A stretch of 63,706 bases of DNA, the filler included, from Sphacelaria rigidula (lineage: Eukaryota): the NCBI GenBank assembly GCA_964200075.2. It is 8 parts of 8 records of this genome, joined end to end, with 100 filler letters (N's around TTAATTAATTAA, not from the genome) between each part and the next. Parts side by side here need not be neighbours in the genome. Positions count along the whole stretch, not along the records: positions 31,905 to 39,780 come from CAXNAA020013139.1; positions 39,881 to 47,756 come from CAXNAA020013140.1; positions 47,857 to 55,731 come from CAXNAA020013141.1; 5 more parts are not named here. One strand, 5' to 3'. This document shows positions 37,263-47,858 of the stretch, one piece after another (within the stretch, counting starts at the first letter, position 1; each line of letters begins with the position of its first letter). The notes under the pieces are model-generated. The model was given only the letters and a program-made list of their open reading frames with translations, was not told where the DNA came from and searched no databases. Made by a program: the position numbers and the translations under genes.

Positions 37263-38256
37263 ATGCCTTCCGTCCGAAGATATTCCGTTGCCTACTGCTT
37301 TTGCCTCAGCTACATCAGCACGCTGATACTGGCGGTGGAAGCATTTTCTCTGGGGCACAGCTCTCAGCTTCGCTGCTTGCATCCAACCGCATTTTGCCCC
37401 GCCCTTTGGTCGCCGTCATCATTTTCTAATCTTGCGACTGTCTCCGGTACCAGATCGGGTATGGCGAGAGGTGTGGTAGCAGCGAAAATGACCTTAGGCA
37501 AACTTGTACCCGCCAGCACGGTGTTCTTCGCGTGTGACATCCAGGAGCGATTTCGGAATACAATCCATAACATGCCGGCCGTCATTTCCACCGGAAGGTG
37601 AGCCGTTGGTGTTTTGTGAAACTAAAAAAAGAGCTGCTGTGAAACTAAGAACAAAGCTGCAGACTTTGTTCCTGCGCTGAGCTCCATACAGCGCATGTTT
37701 TTCGTTGGAGCAGATGCCCATCCCATGATCTACTTGCAACTCGTTCATATAGCCGGTACTGTTACCATACTGGGCTTGTAGCCTGCTATACATTGGAGTG
37801 CAGTAGAATCACGGATGAGTCTAGCTGACCTGTTCTCATGCTGATGCGTTCACATTTCAGCCGGTCCCACGCTTCATAGCACTGTACTTTAGTATAGGTA
37901 CTACTCTGTGCTTCCAATGCAACTATAACCTGCAAGGGTGGGTCGAGTAGAGTATACTCATTTGCGGGGTATTTTGAAAGTCGTACTCAAAGTACACAAA
38001 TTGGGGGTAGGGTTTCAGGAATCGCTCCCCAGCTATTTTCTGGGTACGACTCCCAACAATCTACCCTAACTTGAGTACCCCAAGTACGTCTTTCGAAATA
38101 CCGCAATTGAGTATACTCTACTCGACCTGCCCTTGATAAACTGTCACGGATCTCTTTCTGCGTTGTTCATTCAAATCCCGTGCTTCCACCAGGTTCATGC
38201 TTGATGTATCCAAGGAGCTGGAGATACCGTGCCTCGCCACAGAGCAATATCCAAAG
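37263..38256 (+). CDS. Isochorismatase-domain protein (ISOC1/ISOC2-like), 5' part; exons 37263 (or 37461)-37597 and 38193-38256
   Basis: LGKLVPASTVFFACDIQERFR...R/FMLDVSKELEIPCLATEQYPK contains the CDxQExFR and TEQYPK motifs of ISOC proteins. The phase-2 GT-AG intron is consistent. An upstream in-frame ATG adds a signal plus transit-like leader. Confidence 0.85.
37933..38135. mobile_element. hAT-type MITE (203 bp) in ISOC intron 1
   Basis: TIRs caagggtgggtcgagtagagtatactca / tgagtatactctactcgacctgcccttg. Flanked by the 8-bp near-duplication ataacctg / ataaactg (7 of 8 identical). Confidence 0.85.
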
Positions 38257-39594
38257 GTAGAAGCAGCAAGTCATGTCTCATGTCGCGGTGGTGGGTATTG
38301 CTTCATCATCTTCATGTCACAGCGTCCTGTGGCATCACGCCTCTTCGAAACAGTTTTGGTTGTACATCGTGAATGAACGCCTTCCCCTCTTCGAGCGCCC
38401 TGGCGTAACGAGGTAGTACGGACGGTGGACGCCGTGCTGTTGTATGGCGCACGAATTCAAGGTCGTTTTTCTTCACTCGCCCTGCTCATTCGCATCGCCC
38501 AGGCACTGCTGCACACCGTCTCGGAGCTCAACATTGGCGATGGCCCGGATCAACACAAGGCGAGAAACTGAATCTGCTTTGGTGAAAATATTGACGTCGA
38601 CTCTTGAAAAGCGAATGCGCACGTCGGACATTTAGAGAGTTTCGGAAACACAAATCAGAACTCAGGGATAAGGAAAGACTCAGGGATTATTGAGAGAGTT
38701 GGGATTTAAGGCCAGGATATGACGAATTCCCTCAGGGAAACCCCGAAAACTGAACCCTGAGAAGAGACATGCTCAGCAACTCAGGTTTAATTTTCAATTT
38801 TTCAAAAAAAACTAAGTTGCTAGACACCCCAAAGCGTTGGTGCCAAACTCAGGGCTATGAAACGGAACTAGACACCCTGCCCCATAACGACCAAGGTTAC
38901 AGAACACAGCCTTAGGACAAATATCATAAGTGAGGAACGCCCGCGACAGCACTGGTGATGGCAGCTCGTTCACAAGGGTGACCCAAAACTACGAGGAACA
39001 CTTGGAGGCGAACGGGGGAGCCGAGACACCAGTCGAAGTGGCTGATGATGCGAAAGGGCGGGAGTCGGCCGCTCAAGCAGCTGCTATGAGAACTTGACGA
39101 AATGGCAACCCAACGTGAAGCTTGTGTTAGCTCGCGCAGTTACACCACCGTTGGGTGGCCATTTTGTCGAGATCCCCGTAGCGGCTGCATGGGTGGCCCA
39201 CTTCAGCCCTTCCACGTCATCTTTCGCCAGGTCGACAGGTGCCTCTCTGTTCCCCCTCTCGCCTTCACGCAGCTAGGATTACTGCGTGTGGTGAACCTTT
39301 ATCGAGAACTACTGTAATTTCTCAAAGTATGCAAACGGACACACATGGGCATGCGCACACTTGTACCACAGACAACAGTACAGTAAAAAGCACTTCCTAC
39401 CGAAAGTATACAAAACTGTCTACAGACAGTGCAACAGTACAGTAGTAGTACAACCCTCAACTGTCTCAACTCTAAAGTGCTCTACCAGACACCGACATGT
39501 GCAGCACTTGTGAATGACTAGCGGGCGCCGAGGTGCACTGCCTGTGTGCCCAACGCTGTCTACTGTGCCGGGTTGGTATCCGGAGGCTGTGTTC

Positions 39595-39780
39595 ACGATA
39601 CTGTGCGTGAGTTGTCGTCCCATCTATTCTGGACGCCGGTCTACACCTTTCACCTTTCGGTATATGTGGGCGCACCAGTCGGGGTCACACAGGAGGAAGG
39701 TCAACACAGGAGGTTCTTTCATGTGTTTGTTTTTAGTACCGTAATCCATTTTTCTTCTGCGGTGCTTACCTTTATTTTTT
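39595..39780 (-). mobile_element. 3' portion of the tRNA-SINE seen at 6394-6755 (cut by the contig end)
   Basis: Reverse complement of ctcctgtgt...cttcctcctgtgtgaccccgactg...gtagac.ggcgtccagaatag. Confidence 0.7.
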
Positions 39781-40739
39781 NNNNNNNNNNNNNNNNNNNN
39801 NNNNNNNNNNNNNNNNNNNNNNNNTTAATTAATTAANNNNNNNNNNNNNNNNNNNNNNNNNNNNNNNNNNNNNNNNNNNNACTGATTATCTTGCATTTGG
39901 ATGACAGCCTACAATGAGTTGCTTTATTATCTGGTATCGCCACTTCCAGAGACAGCCACGGCTTATACACTGCCTCATGGGTGTTTTACCATCGGCGGGG
40001 AGAGGGGGGGGGGAGGGGGTACTCTTGTTCTTCACTATTCGTACATTTGGCACGGGGTTAGGCAGGCACACAGAGAGTTTCGCCATTACACGCTTGATAC
40101 TGCAGCACACCCCTCGAGTGGATCACCCAACTTTTCCGACATGCTTGGCACAGATGTTTTCGCGAATGGTCTCTGAAAAGCGCAGCTGGACTGATTTTTT
40201 TTCTTTTTTGTGCTTGATGAGGTGCCAGCCTCCACAGCAATCGCCTCGCATCCTCTTTCTTGTGCGGTAGCGTCGCTGGAGTTCGGAGTGGATGCCATAG
40301 TAGAATAATGTACCGTGTGTCGCATGCAAGACAACTCTCTATGATCGTCGTGCACACGCCAAGCGTGTGGGTGTGGATGTGTGTGTGTGTGTGTGTGTGT
40401 GTGTGGAAGGGGGTATGATGCAAACGAAGGGGTAAAGATGAGCCATCTCAAAACTCAGAACTCAGAACACAAAAGAGACGTAGCCGTGTCATGAGTCAAG
40501 GGGTAATTATGAGTAATTTCCGTACTCCGAACACAAAATTGCTCAGAACTCCGAACACATACCTGAGTGACCTGGCTGTGTCGCATGATTTGAGGGGTAG
40601 AGGTGAGCTATCTCAGAGGTCAGAGAACATAAATGTAAGAGGGACATCTCTGTGTACAGAGTGAGCTGTTTCAGAACTCAGAACACATAACTGAGCTTCA
40701 CATCACTCTTTTTATTCTGTGTTTTTTCGTTCAATAAAT

Positions 40740-41130
40740 AACCCGGCCAGAATGTGCACCGCTGATTGATCTTCTAGAACTCACCTGGCGGCCAAGATAT
40801 GCATAACTGAGTTTTAGTTTATATCTCACCTGCCCGAGATATGCGTAACTGAGTTATCGTTTATACTTCACCTGGTCAAAATACGCACCGATGAGTCATA
40901 GTTTACAACTCACCCAGCAAGAATGCTCGTAGCCGAGTCAGAGTTTATAACTCACCCAGCCAAAATGTGCATAACTGCGTTATAGTTAATAAGTCACCCG
41001 GCCGGAATGCGTATAACTGAGTTATAGATTATAACTCACCTGCCCGAGATACGCATAACTGAGCCATAGTTTATAACGCACCCGGGTAGAATGCGCATAA
41101 CTGAGTGATACTGCTATAACTCACTGGTGA
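40740..41130. repeat. Tandem array of about 9 degenerate 42-bp units with an internal palindrome
   Basis: Unit is approximately aactcacc-[14 variable nt]-ataactgagttatagtttat. The unit junction forms tgagttata-gtt-tataactca. It sits in a region rich in AACTCAG/CTGAGTT motifs (40440-41180; also 38640-38860). Confidence 0.85.
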
Positions 41131-42858
41131 CTTATGCCAAAAAGAGTTAACTCGTGGTAACCTGAGTTGATGAGTTTGCCGACGTGTGGAATTGTTATAA
41201 CCCCTAGACCGCGGTGGGGGTAAAGTCCATCTGGACCACGCATACTTTTTTCAAGTGAATATTGATGAGTCATTCTACTATAGGGGAGAGGGGGTATTTT
41301 GGGCCACTTGCGCGAAATTCCAAGTCAAATCGTCGCTGAAAGGAGCCACGGCTGCTCGAACGAGCTTGTTGAAGATAAATAATGCTCATTTTTTATACCG
41401 ATGGATGGATACCGTTTTGAACCACGTACAAGCGTACCGCGAGTGTGGCAGGTCGTCTGACACACGTATGAGCCTTGATTTTCGTGCAATCAACCCCCCC
41501 CCCCCCCCTATCGTAGGATGAATCTAATGCCGATTCAGCAGGTGACCTACCCTCGCGATCAAAAGGTTCATAGGGACGAGAAAATAAGTGATGATCATAA
41601 CTGTTCGAAAAGTAGATGCCCTACGTTGACGTTGAACCGGAGAAATATACATCAGCACGTTCAACAACCCGAATGGTTCCGAGCAACAGTTCGTGGCTCT
41701 CGGCAACTTGCCGACAAGTGATATCACGAACCATACTCAAGCTTTTAACCGCAACATTCATCTTTTAACGATCACGACAAAGTAATGTACGCGGAACATC
41801 TTTAGATAACCCGAATTTCGGCGTTTTCGTGAAGTTGAGAGTAGAGCGCCGTTTGAGAGTGGCGTTGACCACTCGCTTTAACTCAGTCATTTTTCACTTC
41901 ATGTGTGCTTTTCTTTGCCTCCATCACTGGCGTGTGCTTACAGCTACACGTCGATATCCTACTCAGGGATATTAAGGGTCTTAGTGGCAAGCTACTACAG
42001 AAATCATTTTGGGCCTCGTGGAGGGGCATGTCGGAACTGAAACGATTAATTCACCATTTGACCGCTTTTCACTCTCAATCGTATCCTCTCTTTTCTCAAT
42101 AATCGTATCCTCTATTCTCAATCTCATGAAAACTACTTTCAAAGCAGTTAACAGTTGTTCTGTTGAGTGTTTTCAAAAACTCAGGAACACTTATAATTGA
42201 CAATTTGGGCCAGTAGGACAAAAATTGTAGTCCCGAATATATATGAAGCGCGTTAGTGCGGGGGCACGACCCGTATCTTATTTTCAGATTGGTACCATAA
42301 CTGGTGGGCTCGCTTCTTCAACTTTTTAGGGGACTCTCCAGTCTCTTGGTGGAGCCATCCTACAAGTACACATTTCCAAATTTTGGGCCCAGATTATTTG
42401 CACTCACGGGCTCCCGAAGATGGGATCTACAACACAAATAAATTGTTAGGCACATTGCCGTTCGGGATACACCTAGCCCATTGGCATGCTAATCGTGGCG
42501 TGCTCTCACATATCCCATAGGTTCGTTTTTGGATGAGATCGAGGCCCATGACAATTCGAACCCTGGAAAGTATCTGCGCACTTACCGTATCACCACTCGG
42601 CGTCTCCCAGAGGGGTTACAGTGTAATGCGTGAGAGGACCGCGTACTTTGAGGACCGCGCCGAACAGTACAGCGCATCTCGCATGTTAAAACAACATCCC
42701 CCTCCAAGATGGCAATTTCTTGATACGCAGACAGCTACAGAGACAAATCAAGTAGACCTGTATAGCTATACAAGTAGCCGAATAACACGCATACACGGGT
42801 GGCTGCTGGCACACGTTATCCGCATTGCGGAGCGTGCCTGCGTTATGGTGCACCTTAA

Positions 42859-42992
42859 CCCTTAGACCGCGAGGTTAGTCTTCTGTTGAATCGGCATCAA
42901 TTTCAAGTGAAAAAAAGTATGCATAATCCAGAAAGACTAATCGCGCGGTTTAAGGGTACATTCAACAGAAGACTAACCTCGCGATCTAAGGG
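42859..42992. mobile_element. piggyBac-like mini-element (TTAA|CCC...GGG|TGAA) with 33-bp inverted ends
   Basis: cccttagaccgcgaggttagtcttctgttgaat versus attcaacagaagactaacctcgcgatctaaggg (1 mismatch). Related ends occur at 41201-41570, 35203-35252, 34548-34599 and 61996-62113. Confidence 0.7.
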
Positions 42993-44889
42993 TGAAGAGA
43001 GAGTTGAGCGACGCGCGTACAGTTTGACTCGGGATATCTACGTCGCATAGTGTACCCGTTTCTAACTTGACGATTCCCGGAGATATTCATTTGCAAGTGG
43101 GTCATGTTGCACTCATGCTGTTCAACTTGTCGATAACCAAGGAATGGAATGCTCCAAAATGCGGATAGCGTGTACCAGCGGCCACCCGTGTACCTATCAG
43201 TCCTTCACGTCCTGGCTGCGCAGACCCCTGACGCAGATGAAAATATCGACGTAAAGTCAAAATCATCTCACTCTTGAACGATGGTTAGTAGCGAGCCGCT
43301 TGTACCTTCCTGTATTGTTCTGGCTTGCTGGCAACCTCCGAAAGTCGATCCCGCGTCGGAATGGCATACTGGAAAATGACTTTCGACTCGTACAATTTTC
43401 GCCATCGGTTAGGCAGGGCTATTCAGGCTATCCACCGCTGGTTTGTGCTCTGTACTGGGTGGAGTCAAGCCGGGCATCGATGAAAACATATATTCAAATA
43501 TATAGCACACCTATGTGTGACCAGCATTGGCATTTGTTTGATCTGTCCACTTCTTTGGCTCCGCCACGTCTTTTGTTTGGGGTGGTGGTGAAAAATGCGA
43601 AAATATCCCCTGCGCGAAACAGGAAACACATGCGGAGGATGCTCGCTCGATACTCCTACTCTTGTACTGGATACTGGGTACTGACCTTGTGTACAGTACA
43701 GCTTTTGGACTGTTGATCCTGTCCGGTATTCTGTGCAATGTATCGGACCTGGACGTCCAAACTGCAATATACAGTTCTGAAAATACCAGAGAACTGTATT
43801 TGTACATGGGTAAGATTCAAGATTCCAACCATTTGCTGACAGTAGGAGCTTGGGGACGCATCATGCTACGTTATACTCCGCAGCGCCACCGCCCGAGCTA
43901 TATGGATTAGCTCACTATCGGCCACTCCACACCGCTGCTGCCTTAGGTGGCCACGGACGGCGATCATGCCTGTTGACAGGAACAGGATTACGAGCAGCAG
44001 CGCACCTAGAGATGGCGCATGCACATCGATGCTGTCCATATTTCCACCTCGTTCTCTTTCTACTCCCGATTCAGATGACTCCTTCACTGACCAAGAGTTG
44101 GGTGTGCATCGTGACGTACAGCAGCGCGCCGCAGCTTCGCGACCAAACGAAAATCACTCCGGCAGGCCTCTCAGGTACAGCAGCACGGTATAGCTAGCAC
44201 AATGCAGTACCGATGGAACAACGCCGTAAAGATAGTTTGGGTCTGCTGGTGGATTCTACATGTCTATTTCCTGCTCCTTGTACAGAGAGCAGAACACGAG
44301 ATTTCAGCAGACTTTGCAGGAAACGGTGGTACTGTACTGCGAAACGTGAAGGATGGATCAACTCAGAGGCGGCAATCCGTTACTAGCTCTATTGTGTTGA
44401 TTGTACTCAGTACAAGGATCAGACGGGGTCGCCTATCCACGATAGGCGTGGAAAGGACTCAATTTAATTTGGGAGATCGTAAAGGTAATGACTTCTACCA
44501 AGAGGTTGAGCTCGAGATTTGATCTGTGTATCGGTTATGAAATCGTGTTACGTGATGAGTAAAAGGAAGATCTGGGATGGGTGTGGCGTGATAGATATTA
44601 TGGAACGCGAACGTTGAGACCGCGGAATGGTGGATGAAACACACTGAATTTTGTCCCACATTTTAAAGGTGTTGGGAACGCGGAAGACCCCGAATGTGTC
44701 AAAGTGCTCCTCTACCGAACGTATAGTCAAGTCGCGCGGAGGGCGTCCGCACAAGTTATGTCCAAGCATATCCGCATTATTGAGTAATTTCAGGAGCAGC
44801 AGCTGTAGGCTTTTGGATGAACGTGCACAATTTTCGAAACCACAAACAACATTGTAAAGTTCCATTTGTGGTCCACGCCGTCGGGCGCT

Positions 44890-47700
44890 GATCGGGCAGA
44901 CAATGAAATCCGGCTCCACAATTCACCGAATCGCGGGAAATCGGTGGTTGAATTCACTGAACCCCGAACCCCGGGAAATCGAGTCCAAGGAACACAGAAA
45001 TGCCGACGAAAAAAGCAACGAAAAATGCATGCCAGCTGGGCCAGCCTAAAAACGGATTGAAGCTTCAAGAGTAATATCTCATCGTCGACATGGACAAGTC
45101 GGCCCATGATCCGCATATCGCGCTAATCGTCTAATCAAGAGCAAGGTGAACATCTACTCCAAAATCTGGGCAATGTTTTCTCGTTGAATAAACCCCATGT
45201 CCAGTAGTTCCCATACCGTACGAAGATAGCGCCCACACTAAAATCTATATGAAACCCCGAACGATGCATTAAGCGGATGATGTTGGTTTTTGGTATGGAC
45301 CTTCCCTGGAGCACGAGGAGACGATATATTCCCTCACCTTCACCCAATTCGCAATCTATCTGGAGATATGGCGCACACAAGTCTCTATACTAAACTAAAT
45401 ATGTTATTACGAGCAGAGGTACCAATAGATGCCCTAAATCTGGATTTCGCGTCTCAGTTTTTGAGAGTCGTGCTATGAAATTTGATATGAAGAACCCATA
45501 GTAGTGCATTATTATGAAAAAAAAACAGCTTTTCATTTTTTTCGGGTTTTTTTTCCGCGTGTTTTTAGCGGAGTTGTGAGGAGAGATGAACATTTCTCTT
45601 GAGCCTTATTTCATTTTTTTACTTCAATTTTTGAAATTTTGATCTGAAACGTAGCATGGAGAACGTCAGAGGTATGCTGGAAAATAAAAAAAAAATGGCC
45701 TTCATTTTTTTTGTGAGGGGGAAGAGGCTCGGGCGTTCTCGAAAAAAATGGTCGTTACCATGCTAGAGCCCCCCAAACCTGCAAAAAAATAAATTCAATT
45801 TGACCTGATCCATCTTTCTTAGTTCATCATGACCTAGCGAGATCCAACACAACGGTGCAAGACAACAAACACCAAACGTGGGCGGATAAACGCCCTGCAA
45901 AATACTGTTCCGAATGTTCGCCGGCCCAGTTTTGGTAAAATGCGCTGAACTTATGAAAAAAAAAAGTTCGGGATCCCGCAGACGGCTTTTTTTCATGCCC
46001 TGGTGATTGTCCATACCAAATCTCAATGTCCAATAAGTAAAAAATTGCGAATTCACCTGCAAACTACAAGTCCGCTTCTTCTAGGCTGGCCCAGCTTGTA
46101 CGTGTTCTAAAATTTACCCAAGCCAGAGACAGCCTGGCGGAAAGATACGAAAAATGTTTTGCCGCCCCGAAATCCACCGAACCTTGCAAATAACTCAAGA
46201 ATAGACAGCAACTTGCAAAAAAATAGACGGACGCCCAAGACAGAGCCAATAAAATTCGGCTCCAAAATTCACCGAGCCACACGGGAAATCGGCCGCTAAT
46301 TTTCACGGAACCCCAAACCCCGAGAAGAAATAGAATTGAAGGAACACAGAAAGGCCGACGAAAAAAGCAACGAAAAACGTGTGCGTGTTCTAAAGTTTAC
46401 CCAAGCCAGAGATAGCCTGGCGGAAAGAGACAAAAAAATGATTTGGAGCTCCGAAATTCACTAAACCGTGCAAATAACTGAAGCATAGAGAATGATGCTA
46501 CGGTAGGGGTACACAAATAATTGCTGAGGTTAGAATTGTTAAGAGCCCTTTATCCCATGCAAAACACGACGAATGAAAATATGTAAGAGTACGCCAGGAT
46601 GACTATTCCAATGTGCTGGGGGTATCCCGAATAAATCTGCAAACGGAGATGCCCTGGCCCATATTCTTGTGCGTCTAGAATCGTTAGGAGCCCCTGAGCC
46701 AGACAAAAAATCGCGAAAAAAGTGCACCCCTACCGTAGCATTGCTCTAGACTCCAATTTACTAAAATATAGGCGGCCAGGACAGAGACGATAAAATTGGG
46801 CTCCAAAATTCACCGAACGGCGGGAAATCGGATTTCAAAATCAACGAACCCCGAACACCGGGAAATCGAATCTGAGGAACACAGAAACGCCGAAGAAAAA
46901 AGCGCCCTGCGGGAGGCTGCAAACTGGCAACAACAACCACAGCGTCTACGATTGTTGTTGATTGAAATCATACTGATATTTCACCCGCATATGTCGCGCT
47001 TACACGAGTCAGACGCCTATGGTGTCAGGAAATATAATCGTGTTACCGTTTGAACGTCATTTGTTGTACATCTACAATAAAGGCTACTATTGCCAGACAA
47101 TAGACAACCCAGGAAGAGAGAAGAAAACATTAAAACTGCGAGTCAAAGATTCGCCGAACTCCGAGAAATTGAAGCATTTTTTTATTGTTGCTTTCGCTCT
47201 TACTGATCGATTGAACGCCTACTACGCTGTAAGGAGAACTAATCGCGTCACCGCTTCAACGTGAGTGTGTTGCACATATACAGCCGAATATGGTCCAAAG
47301 AAAACTTGAGGTTGAAAAAAAACATCGACTCTTTTCTTGGCTTTTGGTCGTGTATGCATGCAAGATTGAACTATCCGTTTTGCAGAATCAAAACGTCAGA
47401 ACCACCGGTCCAACTTACCAACAATATTTAGACGGCCAGGACAGACACGAAAAAATTCGGCTCCAAAATTCACCGGGCCGCGGGAAATCGGCTGTTGAAT
47501 TCACCGAACCCCGAACCCCGGGAAATCGAATCCAAGGAACACAGAAAGGCCGGCGAAAAAAGCGCCGTATACGGTAGGCTGCAAACAGGAAACAACAGAC
47601 ACAGCGTCTATGATTATTGTTGATTGAAATCATGCTAACATAACGGACGCATATCGCGCTTGCACGATTCAGACGCCTATGGTGTCAGGAAGTATCATCC
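44890..47700. repeat. Four dispersed direct copies of a ~130-250-bp unit (probable transposon-derived repeat block)
   Basis: ggctccaaaattcaccg...gggaaatcgg...aaccccgaa...ggaacacagaaa...cgaaaaaagc at about 44910, 46255, 46798 and 47458. The last two extend further (..cacagcgtcta..gattgaaatcat..cagacgcctatggtgtcagga). Confidence 0.8.
46488..46746. mobile_element. MITE (259 bp) with a TA target duplication
   Basis: TIRs gagaatgatgctacggtaggggtacac / gtgcacccctaccgtagcattgctc, flanked by TA on both sides. A paralogous empty site lies at about 46195-46215. Confidence 0.8.
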
Positions 47701-47858
47701 CGAGAGAACTCTAAACAGCCAATCATCTATGTTGAGGATGGTGCTTTTCATTGAGGNNNNNNNNNNNNNNNNNNNNNNNNNNNNNNNNNNNNNNNNNNNN
47801 TTAATTAATTAANNNNNNNNNNNNNNNNNNNNNNNNNNNNNNNNNNNNNNNNNNNNGG

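Noticed and set aside
40740..41130. CRISPR array
   Set aside because: The variable segments are only ~14 nt and clearly related to each other, the repeats are degenerate, no cas genes are present and the context is eukaryotic.
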